Below the pieces are notes generated by a model that saw nothing but the letters and a program-made list of their open reading frames with translations, was not told the DNA's origin and ran no database searches. A DNA stretch of 64,000 bases from Alphaproteobacteria bacterium (GTDB lineage: Bacteria > Pseudomonadota > Alphaproteobacteria > Bin95). Shown piece after piece: positions 39,550 to 49,000 of this stretch (its first letter is position 1; each line of letters starts with the position of its first letter). Where the stretch lies: assembly GCA_965205265.1 (NCBI GenBank), contig CBDBGH010000003.1:3776001-3840000 (forward strand), given 5' to 3'. The position numbers and the translations under genes are program-made.

Positions 39550-40530
39550 ATGAACGCGACCAACATGCGCAAGGTGCTCTGCGTGCAGGGCATGCCGAAG
39601 GCGGGGCTCGACCTGTTCGCGGCCCGCGACGATATCGAGGTCGAGATCGTCCGTGAGGGCCCGGGTTTCGACCTCCGGGCGCATCTGGGCGATATCCACG
39701 GGATCACGCTGTTCGGCACGCCCTACACGCGCGAGCTGATCGCGGCCACGCCCAATCTGGAAGTCTGCTCGCGCTTCGGCGTCGGCTTCGACTCGGTCGA
39801 TGTGCCGGCGCTGACCGAGCGCGGCGTGCCGCTGATGGTCGCCGGCACCGCCAATTCGGTGACCGTGGCCGAGCACGCCATGTTCATGATGCTCGACCTC
39901 GCCAAGATGGCGCGCCAGTACCATGCGGGCGTGGCGGCCGGGAATTTCGGCGTGCGCAACGAGTATTCGGCGCTCGACCTCTACGAGAAGCGGCTCTTGT
40001 CGGTCGGCTTCGGGCGCATCGGCTCGCGCACGGTGAAGCGCGCCGTCGCCTTCGAGATGGACGTGCAGGTGTATGACCCCTATGCGGACCCGGCGGCCGT
40101 GCGCGCGGCGGGCGCGGAGCCGGTGGACGACCTCGACGCGGCGCTGGCGGAGGCGGATTTCGTCACCATCCACTGCCCGCGCAACGAGGAGACCTACGGC
40201 CTGATCGGCGCGGAACGGCTCGCGCGCATGAAGCCCACCGCCATCATCGTCACCACGGCGCGCGGCGGCATCGTCAACGAGGCCGCGCTGATCGAGGCGC
40301 TGCGGAACCGGACCATCCTGGCCGCCGGCATCGACGTGTTCGACCCCGAGCCGCCGCTGCCCGGCAACCCGCTCTTCACCATGGACAATGTGCTGCTCTC
40401 GCCCCATTCGGCGGGCGTGACGCGGGAATCGATGGACCGCATGGCCATGGTCACCTGCCAGAATGTGATCGACGTCTTCGACGGCAGGCCCGTGCCTGCC
40501 CATGTGGTCAACAGGGAAGTCCTCGGCTAA
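39550..40530 (+). CDS. D-2-hydroxyacid dehydrogenase (SerA-like)
   Basis: RFGVGFD, VAEHA, GFGRIG, ARGGIV, DVFDPEP, SPHSAG. Confidence 0.92.
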   Translation: MNATNMRKVLCVQGMPKAGLDLFAARDDIEVEIVREGPGFDLRAHLGDIHGITLFGTPYTRELIAATPNLEVCSRFGVGFDSVDVPALTERGVPLMVAGTANSVTVAEHAMFMMLDLAKMARQYHAGVAAGNFGVRNEYSALDLYEKRLLSVGFGRIGSRTVKRAVAFEMDVQVYDPYADPAAVRAAGAEPVDDLDAALAEADFVTIHCPRNEETYGLIGAERLARMKPTAIIVTTARGGIVNEAALIEALRNRTILAAGIDVFDPEPPLPGNPLFTMDNVLLSPHSAGVTRESMDRMAMVTCQNVIDVFDGRPVPAHVVNREVLG

Positions 40531-40544
40531 GGAACGCAAGGAAC

Positions 40545-41339
40545 ATGCGCAAGAACAACGTCCTCGAAACCTGGAAGGCCGGCGGCGCGGTCGTCAATGG
40601 CTGGCTCGCGATCCCGAGCGGCTTCTCCGCCGAGGTCATGGCCGGCTGCGGCTGGGACAGCGTCACCATCGACCTCCAGCACGGCATGGTCGATTACACC
40701 GCCGCCGTGCCCATGCTGCAGGGCATCTCGCTCTCCGACGCCACGCCCATGGCGCGCGTGCCGTGGCTGGAGCCCGGCATCATCCAGAAGCTGCTCGACG
40801 CCGGCAGCTACGGCATCATCTGCCCGATGATCAACACCCGCGAGGAATGCGAGCTGCTCGTCGCGTGCTGCAATTACGCGCCCAAGGGCTCGCGCAGCTT
40901 CGGCCCGATCCGCGCCGTCATGTATGCAGGGGCCGATTACGGCCGGCACGCCAACGACACGGTGCTCGCGATCGCGATGATCGAGACGCAGCAGGCCATC
41001 GACAATCTGGACGACATCCTGTCCACGCCCGGCCTCGACGGCATCTATGTCGGCCCCTCGGACCTCTCGCTCTCGCTCGGCCACGCGCCGCAGCTCGACA
41101 CCGAGGTGCCGGAGGTGGTGGCGGCCATCGACACCATCCTCGCCGGGGCGAAGAAGCACGGCGTGCCGGCCGGCCTGCATTGCGGCTCGCCGGAATACGC
41201 CGCGCGGATGTTCGAGAAGGGCTTCCAGCTCGCCACCATCGCCAATGACAGCCGCCTGATGGCGGCAGGCGCCACGGCCGCGGTCGCCGCCCTCAAGGGC
41301 AAAATGGCCGACAGCAACATCTCCGGCAGCCCTTACTGA
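40545..41339 (+). CDS. HpcH/HpaI-family aldolase
   Basis: IDLQHG, LDAGSYGIICPM, MIET, YVGPSDL. Confidence 0.92.
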   Translation: MRKNNVLETWKAGGAVVNGWLAIPSGFSAEVMAGCGWDSVTIDLQHGMVDYTAAVPMLQGISLSDATPMARVPWLEPGIIQKLLDAGSYGIICPMINTREECELLVACCNYAPKGSRSFGPIRAVMYAGADYGRHANDTVLAIAMIETQQAIDNLDDILSTPGLDGIYVGPSDLSLSLGHAPQLDTEVPEVVAAIDTILAGAKKHGVPAGLHCGSPEYAARMFEKGFQLATIANDSRLMAAGATAAVAALKGKMADSNISGSPY

Positions 41340-41423
41340 GTGGCCAGGGGCCAGTGGATAGTGGTTAGCGGTTGGCAGACCGCGACGAAACGCTATCCAC
41401 TAGCCACCATCTACTGACCACTA
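41339..41423. repeat. inverted arrays of degenerate heptamer repeats forming a long imperfect hairpin
   Basis: AGTGGCC AGGGGCC AGTGGAT AGTGGTT AGCGGTT ... ATCCACT AGCCACC ATCTACT GACCACT between convergent genes. Confidence 0.6.
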
Positions 41424-41654
41424 CTCCGCGGGCGCAGCGGGCCGTTCGTTGCGGCCGACGATATAGGCTTCGAGGAAGTCCATCTTGCCTTCGAGCCGGC
41501 TCAGCCGGTCGCGGATTTCACGCATCTCCGCCTCGAAACCGTCCATGCGGGCGTCCAGCCGGTCCATACGGCCGCCGAGGCTTTGCTGTCCTTTCAGGAC
41601 GATGCCCGCCAGCGCAATGCCGACGCCAAGGATCGCAATCAGTTCGGGGGTCAA
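41421..41654 (-). CDS. small membrane-anchored coiled-coil protein (77 aa)
   Basis: GGGGAGG RBS and TTG start; TPELIAILGVGIALAGIV then RMDRLDARMDGFEAEMREIRDRLSRLEG. Confidence 0.7.
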   Translation of the reverse strand: MTPELIAILGVGIALAGIVLKGQQSLGGRMDRLDARMDGFEAEMREIRDRLSRLEGKMDFLEAYIVGRNERPAAPAE

Positions 41655-41756
41655 GGATGTCCTCCCCAGCCACATGTTGCCGGCCGTCATGCGACCTTGC
41701 CGCGACCTGCGCCGGCAATCAAGGGAAATCCCTGCCCGCCCGGTCAGGGCTCCGCC

Positions 41757-42305
41757 CTATTCCGCCTTCCTGCGGTCCAGCAGGGCGGCGGCGAGCGCGG
41801 CGAGGCCGGGGGCGGGCTGGCCGGCGGCGAGCGCCTTGTCGCGCGAGCGCTCATGCACCGCCACCCCGAGCACCGCGAGCGCCACGCCCCACATGGCGCT
41901 GAGCGAGGCGGCCGCCGCCAGGATCGCCGGCGCGTCGGTCGGGTGCGCCATCACCGCCCAGGCGATGGCGGCCATCTGCAGCGCCCAGGCGGCCGTCACC
42001 GCATAGCCGAAGGTCGGCCGCCAGCGGCGCACATAGGCATCTTCCGTGCGGGTCTCGGCGCGCATGGTGGCGTTGACCTCGCGCAACGCGGTCTCGGCCT
42101 CGCGCGAGCGCGCCTTCACCTCGATGCGCCGGTTCGCGGCGTCGAGCGCTTCCGGGGCGACGCCGCCGTTCCTGAGCACGCCGTCCACCTCGCGCAGCGC
42201 CTTGGCGGCGGCATCGGCGGCCGGATTGTCGAGCGCCTCCAGACCTGCGCCCGCGAGGCGCGCGATCAGCGGCAGCCCGATCTGGGCGAGAAGTGCGGGA
42301 ATCAT
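41757..42305 (-). CDS. 3TM-type holin
   Basis: WRPTFGY motif followed by transmembrane segments; last gene of the phage-like operon. Confidence 0.75.
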   Translation of the reverse strand: MIPALLAQIGLPLIARLAGAGLEALDNPAADAAAKALREVDGVLRNGGVAPEALDAANRRIEVKARSREAETALREVNATMRAETRTEDAYVRRWRPTFGYAVTAAWALQMAAIAWAVMAHPTDAPAILAAAASLSAMWGVALAVLGVAVHERSRDKALAAGQPAPGLAALAAALLDRRKAE

Positions 42306-42319
42306 GGGTTCGTCCTTCT

Positions 42320-43780
42320 TCAGATGCGGAAATTGCTGCGGGCGCGGCCGGGCCGGGCGCCCCGCCGCCAGTCATTGCGGGGCGCGGGGCTCACCGGCGA
42401 AAGCCGCCATGGCTCCGCCAGCAGCGCGCCCGCCGCCGCGTCCAGCCCGTCGTCCCGCCCCCTGCCCTCGGGCCGCCATTCCCGCAATTCGCGCAGGAAG
42501 GGGGTCTCGAACACGCTCGCATGGGCGGAAAGCCTGCCCGCGGCCAGCGGCGCGTCGAAGGCTTCCAGAATGCGCTCATGCTTCGGGCGGTGGTTCTTTT
42601 TCTCCACCACCGACGCACCGTGCCCTTCCCGGCCGAGCTCTCCCTTCAGAATACCCGGCAGGAAGATCCCGACTCCGTTCGCTTCCACATAGACGACCGG
42701 CAGGAACAGCTCTCGCACATGCGCGGCCATCCGGCGGCAAAGCTGCGTCGCCGCGTCCTCGGAGTCTTCCGGTTCGCGATGGATATAGGCGACCCGGTGC
42801 AGCAGCCGCCGGCCGAGATCGTCGGTGAAGACGGCCGCCAGCACATTGGCGTCGCCCTTCTCCCGCTTGCCGTAGGCCGGGTCCCACCAGCCCGAGGCGG
42901 AAACCAGCCGCCGGCCTTCCAGCCACAATTCCGGCCGGCCGCCGGCCTCCCTGTATTCGAGCTCGCCCTCGTAACGGCGCAGCCAGTCCGCGTTCAGCCG
43001 GCCCTCCACCGCCTGCACGGGCTCCAGCAGCATCTGGCTCTCATAACGCGCGGGGCCTGTATGACGGCGGATTTCCGCAATCGCCGGCGACGGGTAGCGC
43101 GCCGGCCAGGACGCCTCGCGAAGCGGCTCCTCCTTCCGCCGGAAGCCCCAGAGGAAGGGCCGCTTCTCGTCCTCCTCCGGCCGCGGGTCTTTCGCATAGA
43201 TGGAGTAGTAGCTGTGCGGCGTGCCGCTGTAGATCCGGAAGCCGCCAGGGCTCAGCACATAGTCGATCTCGGAGAGCCGGGCGCGCAGGTCGGCCCGCTT
43301 CGCCGGCGTGCCGCAGGTGTTCGGCACCTCGACATCGTCGCAGATCACGACATCGGCATGCGCGCCGGTGATATTGGCGCCGATGCCGCGCGCCAGCAGC
43401 GAAGGGTCGCGCGAAACGGTCTTGCGCGAAACGGTCAGCCGGTCGGCCGCCCATTCCTCGGCCAGTTTCGGGCGCAGCGCCCCGGTGTCGGGATGGCGCT
43501 CCAGAATGCGGCGCACGGTGCGCACCATTCTGGCGGCGAGCGGCGTCTCCGCCGACAGCACCAGGATGCGCCGGTCGGGATCGCGCCTGAGCATCCACGC
43601 GGACAGCAGGCCGAGCAGGGTCGATTTGCCCGCGCCCCGGAAAGCCATCAGCAGCATTCGGCGCGCGCCCTCTGCGATCCGCCCGTCGAGCCATCCGGCA
43701 ATGCGCCGGTGGAGCGCCGGCGTCGCGATCCTCTGGGTCCGGTTCCAGGCGTCGAGGAAAGAGGAGAAGGTCGTGTCCAT
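42320..43780 (-). CDS. phage terminase large subunit
   Basis: AFRGAGKS Walker A, ITGAHADVVICDDVE Walker B, GTPH, WDPA and DDGLDA nuclease motifs; GGGAGG RBS. Confidence 0.92.
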   Translation of the reverse strand: MDTTFSSFLDAWNRTQRIATPALHRRIAGWLDGRIAEGARRMLLMAFRGAGKSTLLGLLSAWMLRRDPDRRILVLSAETPLAARMVRTVRRILERHPDTGALRPKLAEEWAADRLTVSRKTVSRDPSLLARGIGANITGAHADVVICDDVEVPNTCGTPAKRADLRARLSEIDYVLSPGGFRIYSGTPHSYYSIYAKDPRPEEDEKRPFLWGFRRKEEPLREASWPARYPSPAIAEIRRHTGPARYESQMLLEPVQAVEGRLNADWLRRYEGELEYREAGGRPELWLEGRRLVSASGWWDPAYGKREKGDANVLAAVFTDDLGRRLLHRVAYIHREPEDSEDAATQLCRRMAAHVRELFLPVVYVEANGVGIFLPGILKGELGREGHGASVVEKKNHRPKHERILEAFDAPLAAGRLSAHASVFETPFLRELREWRPEGRGRDDGLDAAAGALLAEPWRLSPVSPAPRNDWRRGARPGRARSNFRI

Positions 43781-43836
43781 CGAACCTCCCTTGAATGGTG
43801 GATAGCGGCCGGCGGTCAGCGCTTCCCGGCCGGCGT

Positions 43837-44016
43837 TCAACGCCGGAGCGCGTCGATCTTCTCCGCCAGCACGGCGAGCGCGCGCGTATTGGCGACGATG
43901 ACGTCGAGCACCAGCTGGCGGCCGCGGGCATCGCGGTGCAGCAGCCAGACGGCAAGGCCCCAGCCGAGCGCGAGCGGCCCGTATTCGGCGAAGACCCTGA
44001 GCGCGAGCGTGTCCAC
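43837..44016 (-). CDS. small membrane protein (59 aa)
   Basis: One TM segment (YGPLALGWGLAVWLL) plus short coiled coil; GTG start inferred. Confidence 0.55.
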   Translation of the reverse strand: MDTLALRVFAEYGPLALGWGLAVWLLHRDARGRQLVLDVIVANTRALAVLAEKIDALRR

Positions 44017-44026
44017 GGGCCGCCCG

Positions 44027-44443
44027 TCAGCCGGTTCGCCGCGGCGCGCGAAGCGCGAGCAGCCCGCCCGTCCGGCGCAGGAGGCCCAGCCGTTCGAGCC
44101 GGTCTGCATGGGCGCTGTCGGCCCGGAGCGAGGCGAGGCGCCGCGAGGCGGCCGCCCCCGCATGACGGCCCTCCCGCTCGCTTTCGGCGGCAAGCCCGCC
44201 CAGCAGCGCGGCGGCCGAGCCGGCGTCGGAGCCGGTGCCGGCCGCGCCGAACCGGGCACGGGCGCGGGCCAGCGCCTGCTTCAGCCGGCGCCGCCGCAGG
44301 CGTTCGCGCTCGGCGGCGCCGGCGCGGACATCGGCGGCCTGCGCGCCCGCGGCGGCGCGGCGCCGGGAGGCCGCCTCGGCGGCGGAGGCTTCGGCGAGCA
44401 GGGCATTGCCCGCCGCCAGGGCTACGGGGAGAAGTGCGCTCAT
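44027..44443 (-). CDS. putative internal virion protein
   Basis: Ala/Arg-rich helical protein with ARFGAAG...GS motif, directly after the tail tubular B gene as in podoviruses. Confidence 0.55.
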   Translation of the reverse strand: MSALLPVALAAGNALLAEASAAEAASRRRAAAGAQAADVRAGAAERERLRRRRLKQALARARARFGAAGTGSDAGSAAALLGGLAAESEREGRHAGAAASRRLASLRADSAHADRLERLGLLRRTGGLLALRAPRRTG

Positions 44444-46317
44444 ATGTCTGTCACCTTGAGTTCGGTTGCAGCGGAAAGGAGGTGGAAGGGAAGCGGGCTC
44501 TCATCCTCGATGCGCCAGAGCGGGGCCGCACCGTCGCGCCGCCAGCCGCCCGCGCCGAGCGAGACATCGCCGGTGAAGGCGCCGTCGCCGAGCGCGGCCC
44601 GGCGGAAGCCGAAGCCCGTGTCGCAGCGCAGCGCGCGGGTGCGGTCGAGACGGAGCGCCAGCCGCACCGCCCGGTGGGCCACGCCCTGCATCGCGCCCCG
44701 CGCAAGCTGGACGCCGGGCGGGAGCGGTTCGACCGTGTGGGTGAAGGGAAGCCCCGCCTGGACGGCGCGCGCCGGCGCGTCGAGCTGGATGCGCCCGCCG
44801 GAGACCCGGAGGCCCGAAAGCGCCTTGCCGTCGGCGACGGCGGCGACCTCCCGGCCTTCGAGATGGGCGAGGCCGCCCCAGGAGCGGGTGGGGTTCGCCG
44901 CCGTTCCGGCGACCGCGGCGTCCAGGCCGAGCGCCTCGTCGAAGCGCTCGACCGAATAGCGCCCGTCGCGCTCTACCAGCGCCCAGGCCCGGCCGCCCGC
45001 AACCGCCGCCGACCGGAAAGTCCCGTCGGTCTCCAGCCGCGTCCAGGCATGCACGCCCTCGGCCCGCCAGAGCGTGAGCGCGGCGATGGACCCGTCGCCC
45101 ATGACGACCGACAGCCGCCGGGCCGCCTCGTCCCAGACGATCTCGACCGGCGCGGCGAACAGGTGGCTGGCCAGCAGCGCCAGGTCCTGCGCCCGGTAGG
45201 CGAGCTCGGCATCCGCAAACAGGAACTCGCGCAGCTCGCGCCCGTTGCGGGCCAGGAACATCACGGCGCCCTCGACATCCACCGGCCGGACGGCGCGGTC
45301 GGCGGGCGAGCCGATGCGCGTCTGGCGGCGAAGCTGGATCGAGGCGGGCGTGAGCGGGTCGCCGGAGACGGTCCATTCCGCGCCCGAGGTGAATATCTGC
45401 AATTGCCGCCCGGACATGACCGCACGCACCGCATTCGCCTGGTCCGCCAGCAGCGGGAAGGCGATGGCCTCGTCGTCCAGCCCCTCGCCGGGGTCGAAGT
45501 CGAAATAGGCGCCCGAGCGTGAAAGCCAGAGCCGGTCCGGCAGCGAGCGCGATCCGCCGATCGCCAGCCTGTCCTGGTGGAACACGACCGAGACCGGCCA
45601 GCCGCGCCGGGCCGAAAAGGCAGGCTCCTGCCAGTCCGCGGTCGCCGCCGTGCCGCCCGCAAGCGTGCCCGTGACATCCGCCTCGGCCTCCGTCGCGGAG
45701 ACGACCCGGACGATCCGGACTTCGTCCTTGCCGATCCGGAAGGGCTGGCCCGCATCCCCCGCCGCGAAGACGCCGGCCGAGGCGGTGAGCCGGACGCGGC
45801 CCGAAGCCGCCGAGGCGGCCAGCGTCACCGAAGACGCGGCATAGCGGTGGTAGGGCTGCATCGACCGCCCGCCCCGCTCGGCCCATTCCCAGGGCGCGAT
45901 CCGCCAGTCGTCCTGCCCCCGGCGCGCCACGGTTCGCGGCGAATAGTCGGGATGGACGACCAGCAGCGTGTCGGCGGTCTGCGTCCAGTTGAGCCCGGCC
46001 AGATCGGCTTCCTTCCAGGGCGCGGCGACGAGCGCCGTCCGGACGCCGTTCCTGTAGATCCGGAGCGCCCGGTCGGTGAACAGCAGCAGGTAGCTCTCTT
46101 CCGTGTTGAACTCGAAGGCGGCGAGCCGGCCGGGGCCGGGCGCGGCCTCGACGAAGGCGAGCCCCGGCCGCCGCGAAAGCCCGCCCGTCGGGTGGACGGT
46201 GACATTGCGCAGCCGGCGCGCGCCGTCGCGATAGGCCGCGAGGTCGGGCCGTCCGGCGAGGCGCGGGCCGAGCTCGCCCGCGCTGAAATTGGTCTTGAGC
46301 GTGTTGATCCGGGTCAT
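44440..46317 (-). CDS. podoviral tail tubular protein B / nozzle (T7 gp12-like)
   Basis: NFSAGELGP..GRPDL start, GGLSRRPG, GWP..V.FHQDRL..GG. Confidence 0.85.
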   Translation of the reverse strand: MTRINTLKTNFSAGELGPRLAGRPDLAAYRDGARRLRNVTVHPTGGLSRRPGLAFVEAAPGPGRLAAFEFNTEESYLLLFTDRALRIYRNGVRTALVAAPWKEADLAGLNWTQTADTLLVVHPDYSPRTVARRGQDDWRIAPWEWAERGGRSMQPYHRYAASSVTLAASAASGRVRLTASAGVFAAGDAGQPFRIGKDEVRIVRVVSATEAEADVTGTLAGGTAATADWQEPAFSARRGWPVSVVFHQDRLAIGGSRSLPDRLWLSRSGAYFDFDPGEGLDDEAIAFPLLADQANAVRAVMSGRQLQIFTSGAEWTVSGDPLTPASIQLRRQTRIGSPADRAVRPVDVEGAVMFLARNGRELREFLFADAELAYRAQDLALLASHLFAAPVEIVWDEAARRLSVVMGDGSIAALTLWRAEGVHAWTRLETDGTFRSAAVAGGRAWALVERDGRYSVERFDEALGLDAAVAGTAANPTRSWGGLAHLEGREVAAVADGKALSGLRVSGGRIQLDAPARAVQAGLPFTHTVEPLPPGVQLARGAMQGVAHRAVRLALRLDRTRALRCDTGFGFRRAALGDGAFTGDVSLGAGGWRRDGAAPLWRIEDESPLPFHLLSAATELKVTDI

Positions 46318-46874
46318 GCCCTGGCCTCGATCAGCGGGAAACGGAGCGGCGCGCGCGCCGGGTCCTGGAGCGCGTCCGTGCGCCGGGCGCGGCGAAGCGC
46401 TGTGTCCGCCAGCCGCTGAAGCGCCTCCGCGCGGGACGTATTCTCCGTCACCGGCAGGCAGAGGGCGGCGGCGAGATGGGCGGCGAGCGCATCCGCGAAC
46501 CAGGGCGGGAACTCCGCCTCCCCGGCGCGGAAGACATAGGCGAGCCGGAGCGGGGCCGTATGGGCATGCAGCCTGCCGCCGGCGATGCGCCAGCCGGTTT
46601 CGCGCCCCTCCCCCACGGCCAGCGCATTCAGGAAACCGGCCGGCAGCCGGAAGGCGTGCGCGAAGCCGTCGAGCGGCGCCTCCGCCGCCGGCGAAAGCTC
46701 CGCCTCTGCCGTGGCGAAGCGCCAGGCATGGCCCGCAAGCAGCGTGTCGCGGAGGGTCGGATAGAGCGCGGCGGCGGTGCGCGCCTCGAGGGTCGCCTCC
46801 GCGAAGTCGGAAATCGGGAGCGCACCGAGCCGGACGAGCGCCTGGCTCGCGATCTGGACGGCGGTCAGCGCCAT
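46314..46874 (-). CDS. podoviral tail tubular protein A / adaptor (T7 gp11-like)
   Basis: IASQALVRLGA, HAWRFA, FRLPAGF; AAGGAG RBS. Confidence 0.82.
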   Translation of the reverse strand: MALTAVQIASQALVRLGALPISDFAEATLEARTAAALYPTLRDTLLAGHAWRFATAEAELSPAAEAPLDGFAHAFRLPAGFLNALAVGEGRETGWRIAGGRLHAHTAPLRLAYVFRAGEAEFPPWFADALAAHLAAALCLPVTENTSRAEALQRLADTALRRARRTDALQDPARAPLRFPLIEARA

Positions 46875-46953
46875 GAGGGACGTCTCCTTTCTGGAATATG
46901 CGGGGATGGCGGATGGCGGCCGGTGGACATGCCGTCCACCGGCCGCCGGTCCG

Positions 46954-47313
46954 TCAGGCCGCCAGCACGCCGACCCGTTCGAGCGCGCGGATGACCGCGT
47001 TGACGGCGGTGCGCGCCTCGGCATCGACGGTTGCCCCGCCGGCCGCGTCGGCCACCGCCGCCTGGGTCTCCCAGTCGGTGGTGAAGCCGACCCCGACATT
47101 GCCGTTGCGGTTGGACGACACGCGGACCAGCGCCGCGCTGTCGTCCGCGCCGTTCAGCGCCAGCATGTCGCCGGGGCGGAGCAGGTCGGCGGCGCCGTTG
47201 AAATAGCCGGCCGCGGTCATGTCGCCGTCGGCGTCCTCGGCGGACTTGTAGTGCCAGAAGGTGAAGCCGTTGGCATAGGCCAGCACGGAGAGGTTTGCGG
47301 ATTTGAACGCCAT
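46954..47313 (-). CDS. phage-like structural protein (possible capsid decoration)
   Basis: AAGGAG RBS; LSVLAYANGFTFWHY...GYFN; lies between capsid and adaptor genes. Confidence 0.65.
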   Translation of the reverse strand: MAFKSANLSVLAYANGFTFWHYKSAEDADGDMTAAGYFNGAADLLRPGDMLALNGADDSAALVRVSSNRNGNVGVGFTTDWETQAAVADAAGGATVDAEARTAVNAVIRALERVGVLAA

Positions 47314-47341
47314 TGCTCGGGCGGTCTCCTTTCTGTTCCGG

Positions 47342-48160
47342 TCAGTTCTCGAGGCAGCGCATGGTCACGACGCCCTCGGCGTCGATCAGCACGGCGCCCT
47401 GGCTCATCCAGTTGGCGACGAACCAGGCGGCGCGGTCGCCATGCCAGGTGATGTCGGTGGTGACTTCCGCGCCGGCGGCGTGGCCGACCGCGCTCTTGTG
47501 GTACCAGTGGCAGAGCCGGACCGAGTTGCTGAGCGTCAGCCCCGAATGCGGCAGCCAGAGCGTGCCGAGCCAGCGCTTGGCCTGGGTGCCGCGCCAGGGC
47601 AGGTCCTCCGCGCCGACATAGTCGGCATTGGCGAACTCCTCGATCTTCATGAGGTCCGACCACTGCTTCCAGCCGATGACGGCCGTGCGCTCGCCGTCGT
47701 CCGGCACGTCGGCCTGGCCCAGCATCTCGAAGGCGGTGAGCACCTTGTCCTTCGTCAGCCCGTCCGTGTCGGTGCCGGCATGGTTGGTCGAGCCGTCGAG
47801 CGCGGCGGCGATGAGCTGGTCGGTCTTGCGGCCGAGCGCATAGGCGCCGGCCTTGGCGACCGTGTCGCGCTCGCCGCCGCCGATCTTGAGGTCGTCGAGC
47901 CGGTCCACCCACTCGCCGGCATAGTAGTCGCGGAGATTGCACTCGACCGCGGCGTGATCGACATTCATCACCGGGATCTGGCCGTGCCGGGCCTTGGTGG
48001 CGGCGGCGCCGCGCCCGACCTTGCGGAAGGTCACGCTGGAGCCCATGACGCCGCGGCGGGTGCGCACCGTGTCGCGGAGCTTGGAGCCCTGGCGCTGATA
48101 GGCGTTGTGGACTTCGCCTTCGAACGCCTTGATGAAGGAAGGGGAAAGATCGACGGGCAT
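47342..48160 (-). CDS. major capsid protein (272 aa)
   Basis: FIKAFEGEVHNAYQRQGSKLR, AYALGRKTDQLI, MSQGAVLID; AGGAGG RBS. Confidence 0.88.
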   Translation of the reverse strand: MPVDLSPSFIKAFEGEVHNAYQRQGSKLRDTVRTRRGVMGSSVTFRKVGRGAAATKARHGQIPVMNVDHAAVECNLRDYYAGEWVDRLDDLKIGGGERDTVAKAGAYALGRKTDQLIAAALDGSTNHAGTDTDGLTKDKVLTAFEMLGQADVPDDGERTAVIGWKQWSDLMKIEEFANADYVGAEDLPWRGTQAKRWLGTLWLPHSGLTLSNSVRLCHWYHKSAVGHAAGAEVTTDITWHGDRAAWFVANWMSQGAVLIDAEGVVTMRCLEN

Positions 48161-48212
48161 ATTGCCTGTCCTCCTGTTGTGGTTTCAGGGTTTACTGTGT
48201 GCCGGCCCTTTG

Positions 48213-48899
48213 TCAGGCCGGGCGGTCGTCGGGATTGTCCGTCCCTTCGCCCGGATAGAGGCGCCGGTAGCCCTCCATCACCTGCCGGACGAGGACGGGG
48301 TCGCGGTCGCGCCAGTAGCGGGGGTCGCCCTGGAGGCGGCGCAGGCCGTCGAGCGTCGCCGCTCCGGCCGCCCGGTCGCCGTCGCGGCCGCCGAGGCCGG
48401 GCTCGCCCGCATCCATCAGCCGCTCCAGCGCCACCGCGCCTTCGACCGAGCCGATGAGCGCGTCGCCCACGCCGGCGGGCAGGTTGGCCGCCGCCCAGGC
48501 CTCCATCTGGCCCTTCGCGCGCCGCCAGCCGTCCTCGCCGCCATAGCGGTCCGCGAGGCGGGCGTCGCGCTCGGCCCGCTCCAGCTCGCCCGCGACCTCG
48601 CCTGCCAGCGGCAGCAGCAGCGACGACGCCATGTCATAGACGAGCTGGACCTGACCGTTGGTGAAGCCGGCCTCGTGCATCCGTCGGTTGGCTTCCGCGT
48701 CCGGGCCGCCGATCAGGCCGTCCAGCTCGAGCCGATAGTCCTCCGGGCTCGCGGGCGGGCGCTCCGCCGAGGCCAGGGCTCCGTAGGCCCCGACCAGCTC
48801 GTCGAGACGCACTTGGCCGGCGTCGGCGTCCCAGAACTCGTCCGGCAGGCCGTCCGGGCGAACCGGCGCCTCCATTTCGGTTTCGTTGTCCGTTTCCAC
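48213..48899 (-). CDS. capsid scaffolding protein
   Basis: RPDGLPDEFWD, PEDY, C-terminal DPRYW; position between portal and capsid. Confidence 0.78.
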   Translation of the reverse strand: METDNETEMEAPVRPDGLPDEFWDADAGQVRLDELVGAYGALASAERPPASPEDYRLELDGLIGGPDAEANRRMHEAGFTNGQVQLVYDMASSLLLPLAGEVAGELERAERDARLADRYGGEDGWRRAKGQMEAWAAANLPAGVGDALIGSVEGAVALERLMDAGEPGLGGRDGDRAAGAATLDGLRRLQGDPRYWRDRDPVLVRQVMEGYRRLYPGEGTDNPDDRPA

Positions 48900-49000
48900 G
48901 GTGCGGTGTCTCCTTCATGTCTTCGGAGTGAGGGGTTGAAAGAAAACGGGCGGCCCCCGGAGGAGCCGCCCGCGCGGGAATTGCGGTGCGGTTCGCCTCG

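Noticed and set aside
41693-41707. 15-nt match (GACCTTGCCGCGACC) to spacer 10 suggesting self-targeting
   Set aside because: Covers half the spacer and misses the predicted PAM-proximal seed; plausible by chance in GC-rich DNA
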